Origin: Candidatus Acidiferrum sp.
GTDB taxonomy: Bacteria; Acidobacteriota; Terriglobia; Acidiferrales; UBA7541
NCBI GenBank assembly: GCA_035483715.1
Contig: DATHPN010000087.1
Coordinates: 7,819 to 71,818 of the forward strand
Length of the DNA: 64,000 bases
Direction of reading: 5' to 3'
Shown: positions 52,347-61,951 of the stretch, in pieces
How the letters are laid out: each line of letters opens with the position of its first letter
How positions within the stretch are numbered: the stretch's first letter is position 1
Position numbers and translations under genes: made by a program
The notes under the pieces: generated by a model
Database searches by the model: none
What the model was told of the DNA's origin: nothing
The model's input: only the letters and a program-made list of their open reading frames with translations

Positions 52347-54227
52347 TTAACGCAGAGGCACCTGTGCCCCTGAAGCATACGGCCGAACTGTCGAATCGTC
52401 TTCATCCGGTTCGTACACCCACACATCCCGATTGCGAAAATAATTGAGCAGGGGTCCGAGATCCATTCCGGGAATTTCTCGCGCCCATAACGTTTTTGCA
52501 TGATCGATGTCGGCGTCGTTATAAACGTACTCCTCCCCGGAATTGTGATTTTTCGAATAGCGCACGAGAACGAGATGTTCGCCGGGGAGGGCCGCAAGCT
52601 GCGTTTCAACCGGCTTTCGGAAAGGGTAAATGAGGTCGTCCGGGTATGGAAAAGCATCCGCGTAGAGATTCCTTTGCATCTCGCAAAGTTGAAGCACGAT
52701 TGCGAGGACCAGCAGAAATTCGCAGGATGCGATCAGCCATCCCGGCTGGGCCGGGGCAGCTCGCGTGGTGAGGGACGATCCCACCCTCAGCAATACCAAT
52801 GCGAGTAGCGAGGCCACCAATGCCGCCACGGTGTGACGGTGCAACCATTCGAACAGAGCGTTCGGCTGCGAAATCTTAGTCTGCGCGAAATAGATTGGCC
52901 CGACGAGCACACTGAAGAGGACAATCAGCCGCGTCAATGCAACGCCGACACCCCTGCCAAGGAAGTGCAACCGCCGCAGGACTCGCATGCACTGCATCAG
53001 CAACACAAAGACCGTGGCCATAAGAGGCGCGGCGTAGTGCGCATGGTAGTACACTACGACCCAGAGCCCGACGGCTGAAAGAGCGGCCTGAGCGAGCAGC
53101 AAGCGATTCCGCCGGTTTTTTAACACCCAAGGCAGGGCGAGAAAAGGGATTGAAAGCGCGGGGCCCAGGAAAAATTCGTAAAATTCCGTGGACTTGTCCC
53201 ACCACAGTTGTTCGGCTCCCGCCCAGCCGGGCTGATAGAGGCTCGGCAGAAAACGGTGGTAAAAGTCGTCGAATTGCGGATTGGAATAGGCGATGGGCGG
53301 CTTGTCATGCTGCCAAATGAAAATGGCCGTGGTAATTTTCCGCCCTTCGATGAAGTGAGGGAACACCACCGGGTTTCCCGTTACGCGCCAATTGTAATAG
53401 GCGATAAAGCCGGCGGTACAGGCGAGAATTGCGGCGATCGACAAGATGATGCGCCTCATCGCTGCGCCTCGCGCGCGGACTTCCAGCCGCAGCGCCCACC
53501 AGAGAAGGGCCGCACCAAAGGGAATTAAAAAAATAGCCCCTTCCAAGGGCCGGCTTACCGCAAGAATGGCCGCTCCCAATCCGAAGACAATTGCGTCGCG
53601 CAGACGCTGGTGATCCCAGATTCGTGGCAGCGCTCCCAAGACCAGGGCGGCCCCGATCGCCGCCACCGCTCCGCCCCAATAGCGGTTTATCCAATAAGTA
53701 AATATGCCAAACCGCGTCCACACCAGGATGCCGCCGAGAAACGACCATTCCGGCGGCACCCACGCCTGCAGCATCCAGGTGAATGCCATGCCCATGGCGG
53801 CAACGCTCAGAAGCACGCCGATCCACGGGTGGCCCAGCAATTTTCCGATGGCCAGGGCCATTCCTTGCGCCGGCGGGTACATTGACGCATACGTGGGATG
53901 CTGGATGACGTGAAATGTGTCGAAAAAAATCCAGAGTGGATGCGGCCGATTCGTCAGCCTGCCGTGGACAAACGTGTCCGCGGCAAGCAAGTAGCTGAGC
54001 TCATCGTGAACCTTGGGCGGCGGGATTGGCAGCCATGGCAAAAGCGCCACGCGCGCAAGGACGGTGGCCGCGCCGACGGCCGCTACAGCAAGCCGCTGAT
54101 TTCGCGCGAACTCGGAAAACTTTTGCTCGATCCCGCCCAGAATTAGCTCACCGAAACCCGGCCTGGGCCAGACAAGCGCCAGGCAAACCGCAAGAACAAT
54201 CCAATCCAGTATCTGCATGGAATCCAC
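52347..54227 (-). CDS. large polytopic membrane protein, GT-C-like (paralog a)
   Basis: 626 aa, ~12 or more TMs. First external loop PPPKVHDELSYLLAADTFVHGRLTNRPHPLW..FHVIQHPTYASMYPPAQG. Soluble C-terminal ~110 aa. Clear paralog of 56600..58390. Confidence 0.65.
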   Translation of the reverse strand: MDSMQILDWIVLAVCLALVWPRPGFGELILGGIEQKFSEFARNQRLAVAAVGAATVLARVALLPWLPIPPPKVHDELSYLLAADTFVHGRLTNRPHPLWIFFDTFHVIQHPTYASMYPPAQGMALAIGKLLGHPWIGVLLSVAAMGMAFTWMLQAWVPPEWSFLGGILVWTRFGIFTYWINRYWGGAVAAIGAALVLGALPRIWDHQRLRDAIVFGLGAAILAVSRPLEGAIFLIPFGAALLWWALRLEVRARGAAMRRIILSIAAILACTAGFIAYYNWRVTGNPVVFPHFIEGRKITTAIFIWQHDKPPIAYSNPQFDDFYHRFLPSLYQPGWAGAEQLWWDKSTEFYEFFLGPALSIPFLALPWVLKNRRNRLLLAQAALSAVGLWVVVYYHAHYAAPLMATVFVLLMQCMRVLRRLHFLGRGVGVALTRLIVLFSVLVGPIYFAQTKISQPNALFEWLHRHTVAALVASLLALVLLRVGSSLTTRAAPAQPGWLIASCEFLLVLAIVLQLCEMQRNLYADAFPYPDDLIYPFRKPVETQLAALPGEHLVLVRYSKNHNSGEEYVYNDADIDHAKTLWAREIPGMDLGPLLNYFRNRDVWVYEPDEDDSTVRPYASGAQVPLR

Positions 54228-54316
54228 CAGCGACTAACGAATCGCAGATATGAGGGTAGCCAGCTTATGGATCACAATCAATGACCGGGGCATATTCTGC
54301 CGGACGAAACGCGCGA

Positions 54317-56119
54317 CTACAAGGCGCTCACTTTGCGGATGAGGTCTGGCGAGAGTTCAAACTCGGCCCTGTTGTTCGGGTAAAATTCGATAAATTGATC
54401 TGACAGGGACTTCAAATCGTTCGGGTCCAGGGGCCGGGTTTTCTTATATATGAAAGCGCTGCTCCCGTCTTCCAGCCTGAATTCGTAATTCAATTTATCG
54501 TAGGATTTTCCTATGCCTTCCCCCTTCACGAGCTGGTCGGCGAGAACCCCGATCACCTTTTGATCCTGTGGCGGAAGGTGGTAGGCAAAAGGCAGGGTCA
54601 GCACGACATAGCGCGCCGTGAGAAACTGGACCGGGAAACCGTCCCTTTTGTCCACATCATTTGTCAAAGCGATTCTGCGCGCCAACTCGCGATGAATTCT
54701 CTGTAATGAGAAACACCCTTCCTGAACGATACTAGAATTAAGACTAAATGAACTTGCAAGAACGTAAACAGTTGACGGCGAACCCTTGGTGATGTCGTTT
54801 AAAGCGTCCAGCAACGCCTGCACTTGATCCAGATCCGTCCGGACCATCGGATATTCCCTCGCTCCCGGCAAAACAAACTCGACAGCCATCAGAGGTCTCT
54901 CCGCTCGCGGCAGGAATGTGACGGCGAAGTTCGCCAGGCTTCCGGCCAAAATGACGAGGACAAGTGCGGCTTTTCGAGGACGGCTCCGGGCCAGCAGGAA
55001 CAGGTCTTGCACGGAAAACACCAGGAACAGGCCCAGGGTAGCCAGCGCCCAATAGAAGTGTTGGACGCCGACGTATTCCCCGTGGGACGAAATGACGAAA
55101 TCCTGTGTGCGCGTAAAGAGCACGAAGGTGATCGCAAACTGGACGCAAAGGAAATAGGCGATGGGCCGTCTCTTTTCGTTCATTACGGAGAGCACGATCC
55201 CCAGGCCAGCCAGCACAAGGGTCAGCAGCCCGAAATGCTGATAGAGTTCTCCCAGGTTGTGAATGAACGGGTCGCTCGACCGATAGGCCGAATAAATATC
55301 TCCATAATCCGTGGTCAGCATTCTTTTTGCGATGGGAGTAGCAATCAGATAAAACGAAAGGAAAGAAATGGCCCCCAAAATCAAAGCGTTTCTGGCGATG
55401 AGCAGCCAATGCGCACGGCGCGCTTTGTCGGCCGCGAAACGCAAACCTTCGCACACGGCCAGGGCCCCAAAGAAACCAACCACCCAATAGGCGTACCACC
55501 TTCGATACAAAACCAGAAGGCAGAGCAGGAGCGCCATGGACACCAGGCTTACATAACTTTGGTCGACAATGTCGGCGCGAAAATACAGCACCAGCACGAT
55601 TAAGATAATGAGGAAGCCGCCCACATCGACGGAGCCAAATACGACCGGTACCCAAAGCACAGGCAAGAACGCCAGCGTTGATGCGGACAGGACTGTAAGC
55701 CCTATTTCGTCAAATGGACTCTCCGCCGGACTCCTCCCGGACAGGCGCCGTACTACATACGCGAAAAGCACGATCGAGGGAAATGCAAAAGTCACCGTAA
55801 GAGACAAAATATAAGATAGTCTGCCCGGTCCAAATGTCAGGCTGAAAGGCACAAGGAATAAAGTTGGCAGTAAGTTGTAGTCGTTCACTCGAACGGAAAG
55901 GAAGACAAATCGTAACGCCCTCAGTATGTCTTGCTCAAACGCCAGGCCCAGGTTGGCGAAGTATTCGTGATATCCGACGTAATCCCAGAAGTAAATGAAC
56001 CGCTCCTGCCTCACGTACCAGGTCACAAAGAGCGCCAACATCGAGAATATGGCGGCGAATAAAGCGACCTCGGCCCAACGGGCCTTGAAACTGATCGAAG
56101 GTGAGGGTGAGGCGCTCAT
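54317..56119 (-). CDS. large polytopic membrane protein with C-terminal soluble domain (family not recognised)
   Basis: I prefer ATG 56119 (MSASPSPSISFKARWAEVALFAAIF). About 12 TMs, then a ~190-aa soluble tail. Visibly AT-richer than the flanks. Confidence 0.6.
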   Translation of the reverse strand: MSASPSPSISFKARWAEVALFAAIFSMLALFVTWYVRQERFIYFWDYVGYHEYFANLGLAFEQDILRALRFVFLSVRVNDYNLLPTLFLVPFSLTFGPGRLSYILSLTVTFAFPSIVLFAYVVRRLSGRSPAESPFDEIGLTVLSASTLAFLPVLWVPVVFGSVDVGGFLIILIVLVLYFRADIVDQSYVSLVSMALLLCLLVLYRRWYAYWVVGFFGALAVCEGLRFAADKARRAHWLLIARNALILGAISFLSFYLIATPIAKRMLTTDYGDIYSAYRSSDPFIHNLGELYQHFGLLTLVLAGLGIVLSVMNEKRRPIAYFLCVQFAITFVLFTRTQDFVISSHGEYVGVQHFYWALATLGLFLVFSVQDLFLLARSRPRKAALVLVILAGSLANFAVTFLPRAERPLMAVEFVLPGAREYPMVRTDLDQVQALLDALNDITKGSPSTVYVLASSFSLNSSIVQEGCFSLQRIHRELARRIALTNDVDKRDGFPVQFLTARYVVLTLPFAYHLPPQDQKVIGVLADQLVKGEGIGKSYDKLNYEFRLEDGSSAFIYKKTRPLDPNDLKSLSDQFIEFYPNNRAEFELSPDLIRKVSAL

Positions 56120-56599
56120 GGTCGAGCGAGCCGGATTTCCAAGGATTTGCGCAGAGTGCGGCGCACGCGGCGGGCGCCTGGAAATAGTGAGCATTCTTCC
56201 CGTAGAAAACCTGGATTGGTCATGGGGTTGCCGGGCAGCGTCAAAGAATAGTTGTCTTATGCCTCGTTGCTTTGCGCGTTTTGAAACACGGGAACATCCT
56301 CGATTCATTATTACCATGTTCTCGTCTGGACGACTTGAACCGCTGCGTGGGCAGGTGTCGGTTTATGTACGGTGATTTTAGCTTTGAGCACCTTGCGACC
56401 CTAGCTCCCTACGAATTGCGGCAGCCTGTTTCTGCCTCCCGACCCGCTCGCTCGCCGGCGACTCCACCCGCGGGATAACTCCTTTGCGACACTGAGTGGG
56501 ATGGAGACATCCGCGGAGTTTGCATGGCTGTTAGCATAGAAATGGAAGAGGTTGGGTGCCTGTTGTTTCGTTGATACAGCCTATGGTCACAGGACTTTA

Positions 56600-58390
56600 A
56601 TGCTCGAACTCCTTTCCGAAATGTTGACGAGCGTCACAGTGGAACAGGTGGAGTGGTACGTCGTTTTCCTGGCAATCGTTGTATCGCTTTTATTTCCGCG
56701 CCTGGCCTCTGCGCAATTTGCCGCACTGGAACGAGCCTTGGCACGGCTTGCGCGGCGGCGCACCTTGGCCTGGCTCTCCGTAGGAATTTTGGCATTGATC
56801 GTGCGAGCGGCCGCGCTGCCCCTGTTGCCCGTTCCCGTCCCCACCATTCATGACGAATTTGAAAACCTGGTCATGGCCGACACTTTTGCACATGGCCGCC
56901 TGACCAACCCGCCCCATTCCATGCGGATTCATTTCGAGACTTTTCACATCCTTCAAGAGCCGACCTACACGGGAATTGTTCCCCCTGGCCAGGGTTTGCT
57001 GCTTGCCGCGGGAAAGGTCCTTGGCGGGCATCCATTCGTAGGCGTGTGGTTGAGCGTGGGAATCATGTGCGCGGCAATCTGCTGGATGCTGCAAGGATGG
57101 CTTCCGCCGAACTGGGCGCTGCTGGGTGGGCTCCTGGCCGTGGCGCGATTCGGCTTATTCAGTTATTGGGCGAACTCCTATTGGGGTGGGGCACTCGCCG
57201 CCATTGGCGGAGCGCTCGTCCTTGGTTCTTATCCCAGGATCCGAAAGCATGGGAAAATTGCCGATGTATTGTTAATGGGGATGGGTCTGGCCATTCTCGC
57301 CAATAACAGACCCTATGAAGGGTTTGTCTTGAGCTTGCCGGTGGCCGCAGCGATGCTCATTTGGTTGACGGCATGCAAGGGGCCTCATTTGCGCTTGCTC
57401 TTAGGGCGCGTGGTTCTGCCACTGGCCATAATGCTTACCCTGACGGCTGGCGCAATCGGCTACTACAATTGGCGAGTGACGGGGAACCCTTTGCGGTCCC
57501 CCTATGAAGTCAGCATGGCAACCGTCAATCCGATTCCTTATTTTCCCTGGCAAGCCGAGCGTCCCATTCCGGCCTATCATTACAAATTAATCAGGGATTT
57601 CTATCTGGACTGGGATCTGCCGCAATACGAACAGCTGCGAACTTTCCATGGATGGATCGCGTCGACGGCACTCAAAATCAAAAGGCTTTCGAGATTCTAC
57701 CTGGGGGCCGCGCTGGGGTTCCCGATTATCCTGGCCATCTTAATCGGCGGTTTCCGATCCGTGTTTCTGGGCCGACTTCGTTTCCTGTTCCTTTGTCTTG
57801 GAGTTGCGCTAGCCGGATTGTTGCTCGAGGTCCAATACCTCCCCCACTATGCGGCGCCCGTAACGGCGATTTTTCTGGCCTTCATTGTTCAAGCCACTCG
57901 ATGCCTGTATGTAAGCGGCCGGCGCGGAAAATCAAGGTTTCTCTTTGCCGCCCGCGCTGTGCCCCTTATTTGCGTGTTCTCTCTCACGCTCGGCATGGCG
58001 CAATTGTCGCTAGGACGCAATCTGGTCACGGATTGGCCGAATTCCTGGTATTCCAGGATTGCCGGCAACTTGGCTCGTGATCAAATTGAGAAATGGCTCG
58101 AGCAACGGCCGGGGCAGCAGCTTGTCATTGTGCGGTACTCGACCGACCATAGTGTGCACATTGAGTGGGTCTACAATCCCGGTGATATAGACGGCGCTAA
58201 GGTGATTTGGGCCCGGGATATGGATCCGGAACACAACCAGGAGTTGTTACGCTACTTCCCAAACCGAACTGTCTGGCTCTTGGAAGCTGATAAAAGGGTC
58301 GATGGAAAGATATTAATCCAACCCTACCCAGCTTCCATCGCTATGTTGCGTCCGGGGACCGGAGAACCGGATTCTTCCACCATGTACTAG
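56600..58390 (+). CDS. large polytopic membrane protein, GT-C-like (paralog b)
   Basis: ATG 56600. VPVPTIHDEFENLVMADTFAHGRLTNPPHSMRIHFETFHILQEPTYTGIVPPGQG aligns residue-for-residue with paralog a. Same TM layout and C-terminal domain (VIVRYSTDHS...WVYNPGDIDGAKVIWARD). Confidence 0.65.
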   Translation: MLELLSEMLTSVTVEQVEWYVVFLAIVVSLLFPRLASAQFAALERALARLARRRTLAWLSVGILALIVRAAALPLLPVPVPTIHDEFENLVMADTFAHGRLTNPPHSMRIHFETFHILQEPTYTGIVPPGQGLLLAAGKVLGGHPFVGVWLSVGIMCAAICWMLQGWLPPNWALLGGLLAVARFGLFSYWANSYWGGALAAIGGALVLGSYPRIRKHGKIADVLLMGMGLAILANNRPYEGFVLSLPVAAAMLIWLTACKGPHLRLLLGRVVLPLAIMLTLTAGAIGYYNWRVTGNPLRSPYEVSMATVNPIPYFPWQAERPIPAYHYKLIRDFYLDWDLPQYEQLRTFHGWIASTALKIKRLSRFYLGAALGFPIILAILIGGFRSVFLGRLRFLFLCLGVALAGLLLEVQYLPHYAAPVTAIFLAFIVQATRCLYVSGRRGKSRFLFAARAVPLICVFSLTLGMAQLSLGRNLVTDWPNSWYSRIAGNLARDQIEKWLEQRPGQQLVIVRYSTDHSVHIEWVYNPGDIDGAKVIWARDMDPEHNQELLRYFPNRTVWLLEADKRVDGKILIQPYPASIAMLRPGTGEPDSSTMY

Positions 58391-58672
58391 CCGATGATTC
58401 TCCGCGCGCCAGCGACTGAGTCCGCATTGTTTCTAAATGGGATCTGTGATTTCATGGGCGTAGGTTTGATGGCGGAAAAGGCACAGCTTCTTGTTTGTCC
58501 GAGTGCGCCTCGATACGCTTCATAGGATCATCCTGTTTATTCTTGGTGAGGATTCCGGCGGTAAATCGGGGCAGAGTTAAGGATATTTACCGCTCCAGGT
58601 TCCTCGAAGATCATTTGGGGGGCGGCTGAAAGCAATACTGGCGCGGTGAAAGAATTCTGACGGATCTTGAGA

Positions 58673-59707
58673 ATGAGCGAAACGCAAATATCCCTGTCGG
58701 TCCTGGTCCCGGTGCATAACGAAGAGTCCGTGCTCCCGGAGTCTCTCCGCCGCGTGGGCAGCGTGCTGGACGGGATTCCCGGCGGGCCGCACGAGATCGT
58801 ATTTGTGGACGATGGGAGTTCGGACCGCACGCTGGAAATTCTTGAGGAAGCTGCCGCGCTTGATCCGAGGATCAAGGTGATCGCGCTGTCGCGAAATTTC
58901 GGCCACCAGGCCGCGCTCACGGCGGCCATGGACTACGCCGGAGGAGACGCGGTCATTGTGATCGATGGCGATCTGCAAGATCCGCCCGAGATTATTCCGG
59001 ACCTCGTGAAACTTTATCGCTCCGGATACGACGTCGTGTACGCCCAGCGCAAGGAACGCAAGGAAGTCTGGTGGCTGCGGCTGTGCTTCTTTCTTTTCTA
59101 CCGGCTCATGTCCAAGCTTTCCGACATCCGCCTTCCCCTGGATGCCGGTGATTGCGGGCTGATGTCCCGGCGCGTTGTGGAACACCTTCGCGGCATGACC
59201 GAACATCACCGCTATTTGCGGGGAATGAGAAGTTGGGTCGGGTTTCGGCAGACGGGCATGGCCGTAGAGCGCTCCGTACGCCATTCGGGGGAGAGCAAAT
59301 ACAGCGCGCTCCGGCGTCTCAAGTTCGCCCTGGACGGGATATTCGCGTTCTCCACCGTCCCGATCCGGGCCGCCTCCATACTGGGCGCAATCGCCATCCT
59401 GGTGTCCACTCTTTACGCCATAGTTACAATCTATGCGAAAGTGTTTTTGCACCAGACCGTGCAAGGCTTTGCCGCGCTGATCGTGGTGATGACTTTCCTT
59501 TCGGGCGTGCTTCTTTTTTTCCTCGGCATCGTCGGCGAATATGTCGGGCGCGTATATGAAGAACTCAAAGCGCGCCCCCTTTACGTCGTGGACCGGTGCA
59601 TTGGCCACGCCTTCACGGATCACCCGGCAGCAAGATCGGCCGGATCGCCTCTGGCGGCCGCAGGCGGCAGGCGCGTCCGGATGCGCAGCCATGAAGCGGA
59701 AAACTAA
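58673..59707 (+). CDS. polyprenyl-phosphate glycosyltransferase, GtrB/ArnC/DPM1-like (GT2 with two C-terminal TM helices)
   Basis: LSVLVPVHNEE, FVDDGSSDRT, LSRNFGHQAALTAAMDYAGGDAVIVIDGDLQDPPE, VVYAQRKERKE, then TM helices AASILGAIAILVSTLYAIV and FAALIVVMTFLSGVLLFFLGIVGEYVGRVY. Confidence 0.88.
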   Translation: MSETQISLSVLVPVHNEESVLPESLRRVGSVLDGIPGGPHEIVFVDDGSSDRTLEILEEAAALDPRIKVIALSRNFGHQAALTAAMDYAGGDAVIVIDGDLQDPPEIIPDLVKLYRSGYDVVYAQRKERKEVWWLRLCFFLFYRLMSKLSDIRLPLDAGDCGLMSRRVVEHLRGMTEHHRYLRGMRSWVGFRQTGMAVERSVRHSGESKYSALRRLKFALDGIFAFSTVPIRAASILGAIAILVSTLYAIVTIYAKVFLHQTVQGFAALIVVMTFLSGVLLFFLGIVGEYVGRVYEELKARPLYVVDRCIGHAFTDHPAARSAGSPLAAAGGRRVRMRSHEAEN

Positions 59708-59721
59708 GCCCAGGATTTCCT

Positions 59722-60462
59722 TTGGACCCTGAATTCAGCCAACGGTACCGCGAACTCTACGAACGTCACTGGTGGTTTCGAGCGCGCGAAGAACTGATCG
59801 TCAAGTTTCTTCGCCGCAACCAGCCTCCGGGCGGATGGGGCACGATTCTCGACGTCGGTTGCGGAGATGGACTGTTTTTCCGCGAACTGACGCAGTTCGG
59901 CGACGTTGAGGGGATCGAAGTGTCCGCCGATGTGATCAGCCCGGACAACCCTTATCGCGACCGCATCCATATCGGCCCATTCGATAAGACTTTCCAGCCC
60001 GGCAAGAAGTATTCGCTTGTCCTGATGCTGGACGTCCTCGAACATTTAGCCGAACCGGTCGAAGCCCTGCGGAATGCCCTTTCCCATCTGCAACCGCATG
60101 GTTGCTTGCTGATTACCGTGCCCGCTTTCAAGGCTCTTTGGACCAGTCACGACGAACTCAACTACCATTTCACGCGATACACCCGGGCTACCTTTAGCCA
60201 AGTAGCGGAAAAAGCAGGCATGAGGACCGCGGTATCGCGGTATCTTTTCTACTGGCTCTTCCCGGTCAAATTGGCGGTGAGGGGGAAAGAGAGATTGTTC
60301 GGTTCTACCCCCAGGATTCCTGGGATACCACCCTCCGGCTTGAATCGTATGTTGTATTGGGTTTCGCGGCTGGAAGAGGAATTATTGGGAAGATTTCCGG
60401 TGCCTCTGGGCAGCTCGCTTTTAATTTTTGGACGGGCGTCTTCCAACGGCGGGAATCAGTAA
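59722..60462 (+). CDS. class I SAM-dependent methyltransferase
   Basis: TTG start. YERHWWFRAREELI, SAM motif ILDVGCGDGLFF, LVLMLDVLEHL. Confidence 0.85.
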   Translation: MDPEFSQRYRELYERHWWFRAREELIVKFLRRNQPPGGWGTILDVGCGDGLFFRELTQFGDVEGIEVSADVISPDNPYRDRIHIGPFDKTFQPGKKYSLVLMLDVLEHLAEPVEALRNALSHLQPHGCLLITVPAFKALWTSHDELNYHFTRYTRATFSQVAEKAGMRTAVSRYLFYWLFPVKLAVRGKERLFGSTPRIPGIPPSGLNRMLYWVSRLEEELLGRFPVPLGSSLLIFGRASSNGGNQ

Positions 60463-60491
60463 CTTTTGTTCAACGCCTCAGGACTGCAAGG

Positions 60492-60552
60492 TTGCGTGGC
60501 GCCCGGCGCCAGCCTATTATAGTTGGTGGAAAAGCGGGAATTCCGCTATACT
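60492..60552 (+). promoter_or_regulatory. two tandem sigma70-like promoter motifs upstream of rplS
   Basis: TTGCGT (60492-60497), 17 nt, TATTAT (60515-60520). TTGGTG (60523-60528), 18 nt, TATACT (60547-60552). Confidence 0.4.
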
Positions 60553-60610
60553 CAACGATTGTGTTTGCAGTGCTGACCCCGCCTGAGTGGGTCTGCCGGG
60601 AATCTGAGCC

Positions 60611-61003
60611 ATGAATCGCGTAATTGAAAAGTTTCAGGATGCACAAGTGCGCAAAGACTTATCCGCGCTGCGGCCGGGCGACACCGTCCGCGTGCACGTG
60701 CGGTTGAAGGAAGGCGAGGGCGACAAGGAACGCATCCAGCCGTTCGAGGGCGTGATCATCAAGAAGCGCGGGAAATCCACGGGCGCAAGCTTCACCGTGC
60801 GGCGCGTCAGCTTTGGAGTCGGGATCGAGCGCATCTTTCCGGCCAACTCGCCGTCCATCAGTTCCATCGAGGTATTGCGCCAGGGCCGCGTGCGCCGCGC
60901 AAAGCTGTATTATCTGCGGGGACTCAAAGGCAAGGCGGCGCGCCTGCAGCGCGTCGAACGCGTGGAGACGCCTGAAACGGTTGCTGCGGAAAAAGAATCT
61001 TAA
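60611..61003 (+). CDS. rplS: 50S ribosomal protein L19
   Basis: [54 protein letters not shown]...FTVRR: canonical L19. Confidence 0.96.
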   Translation: MNRVIEKFQDAQVRKDLSALRPGDTVRVHVRLKEGEGDKERIQPFEGVIIKKRGKSTGASFTVRRVSFGVGIERIFPANSPSISSIEVLRQGRVRRAKLYYLRGLKGKAARLQRVERVETPETVAAEKES

Positions 61004-61032
61004 GATTGCAGATCGAGCTTTTGTATTTCTTG

Positions 61033-61070
61033 AAAGCCTGGGGAAATTTTCTCCGGGCTTTTTGCTTTTT
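61033..61070 (+). terminator. rho-independent terminator after rplS
   Basis: AAAGCCTGGGG-AAATTTT-CTCCGGGCTTT (11-bp stem including two G-U pairs), followed by TTGCTTTTT. Confidence 0.55.
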
Positions 61071-61267
61071 ACACGAAGGTAAATGCCGGCGAATCTCGCG
61101 CAACTCTGGATTCGTTCAGGATGATCCGAAACAGCTACCCGCCCAAAAGATGGGCGGCCACGACAAAACCCGGGACACACAATTCAGCGCGATTTCGCAG
61201 CGGCCGGTGTGTCTCTTTCGGAACGGGCACATTCAAAGCCGAATCTGTGTAACGAAAAAAATTTCAC

Positions 61268-61951
61268 GTGCTAGAATCCGCGCTGATGCGGAAACAATGC
61301 TCCTCGCGTTTCGAGCGCCAGGCCCGCAAGTGCGGTTGGCAAAGGATTGCTGGTCTTGATGAAGTCGGGCGCGGCTCTCTTTTTGGCCAGGTGGTTGCCG
61401 CAGCCGTTATCCTGGATCCCAAGCGGCGGATTGTGGGCCTCGACGATTCCAAAAAATTGCCCGCTGAGCGCCGCGAAGTTCTGGCCATGCGAATTCGCGA
61501 ACACGCTCTCGCCTGGGCCATCGCGGAAGTTGATGCCCGCCGCATCGATGCCTGGAATATTTATCAGGCCAGCCGCCAGGCCATGGCTGAAGCCCTGCGG
61601 CAGTTGAAAATCTCCCCCGATTATTTGCTGCTCGACGCCATGCAGCTGGACGTGCTGATCGAACAGAAATCGCTCATCCACGGTGACGCGCTTTCGATTT
61701 CCATCGCCGCCGCGTCCATCATTGCCAAAGTGGAACGCGACCGGCGGATGCTCGAATGGGACCGGATTTATCCGCAGTATGGGCTGGCGCAGCACAAAGG
61801 CTACGCCACACCTGACCATCTCGCCGCCCTGCGCGCCCACGGGCCCACACCGCACCATCGTTTTTCCTTTGCCCCGGTACGCGATGCTTCCTGCTGGGCT
61901 GCGGGAGCAACGCAAGCGCCATTGCCGCTTTCCGCCTGTGAAAATTCGTGA
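61268..61951 (+). CDS. rnhB: ribonuclease HII
   Basis: GTG start. IAGLDEVGRGSLFGQVVAAAVIL, DDSKKL, DAMQLD, KGY.TP.H: RNase HII motifs. Confidence 0.92.
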   Translation: MLESALMRKQCSSRFERQARKCGWQRIAGLDEVGRGSLFGQVVAAAVILDPKRRIVGLDDSKKLPAERREVLAMRIREHALAWAIAEVDARRIDAWNIYQASRQAMAEALRQLKISPDYLLLDAMQLDVLIEQKSLIHGDALSISIAAASIIAKVERDRRMLEWDRIYPQYGLAQHKGYATPDHLAALRAHGPTPHHRFSFAPVRDASCWAAGATQAPLPLSACENS

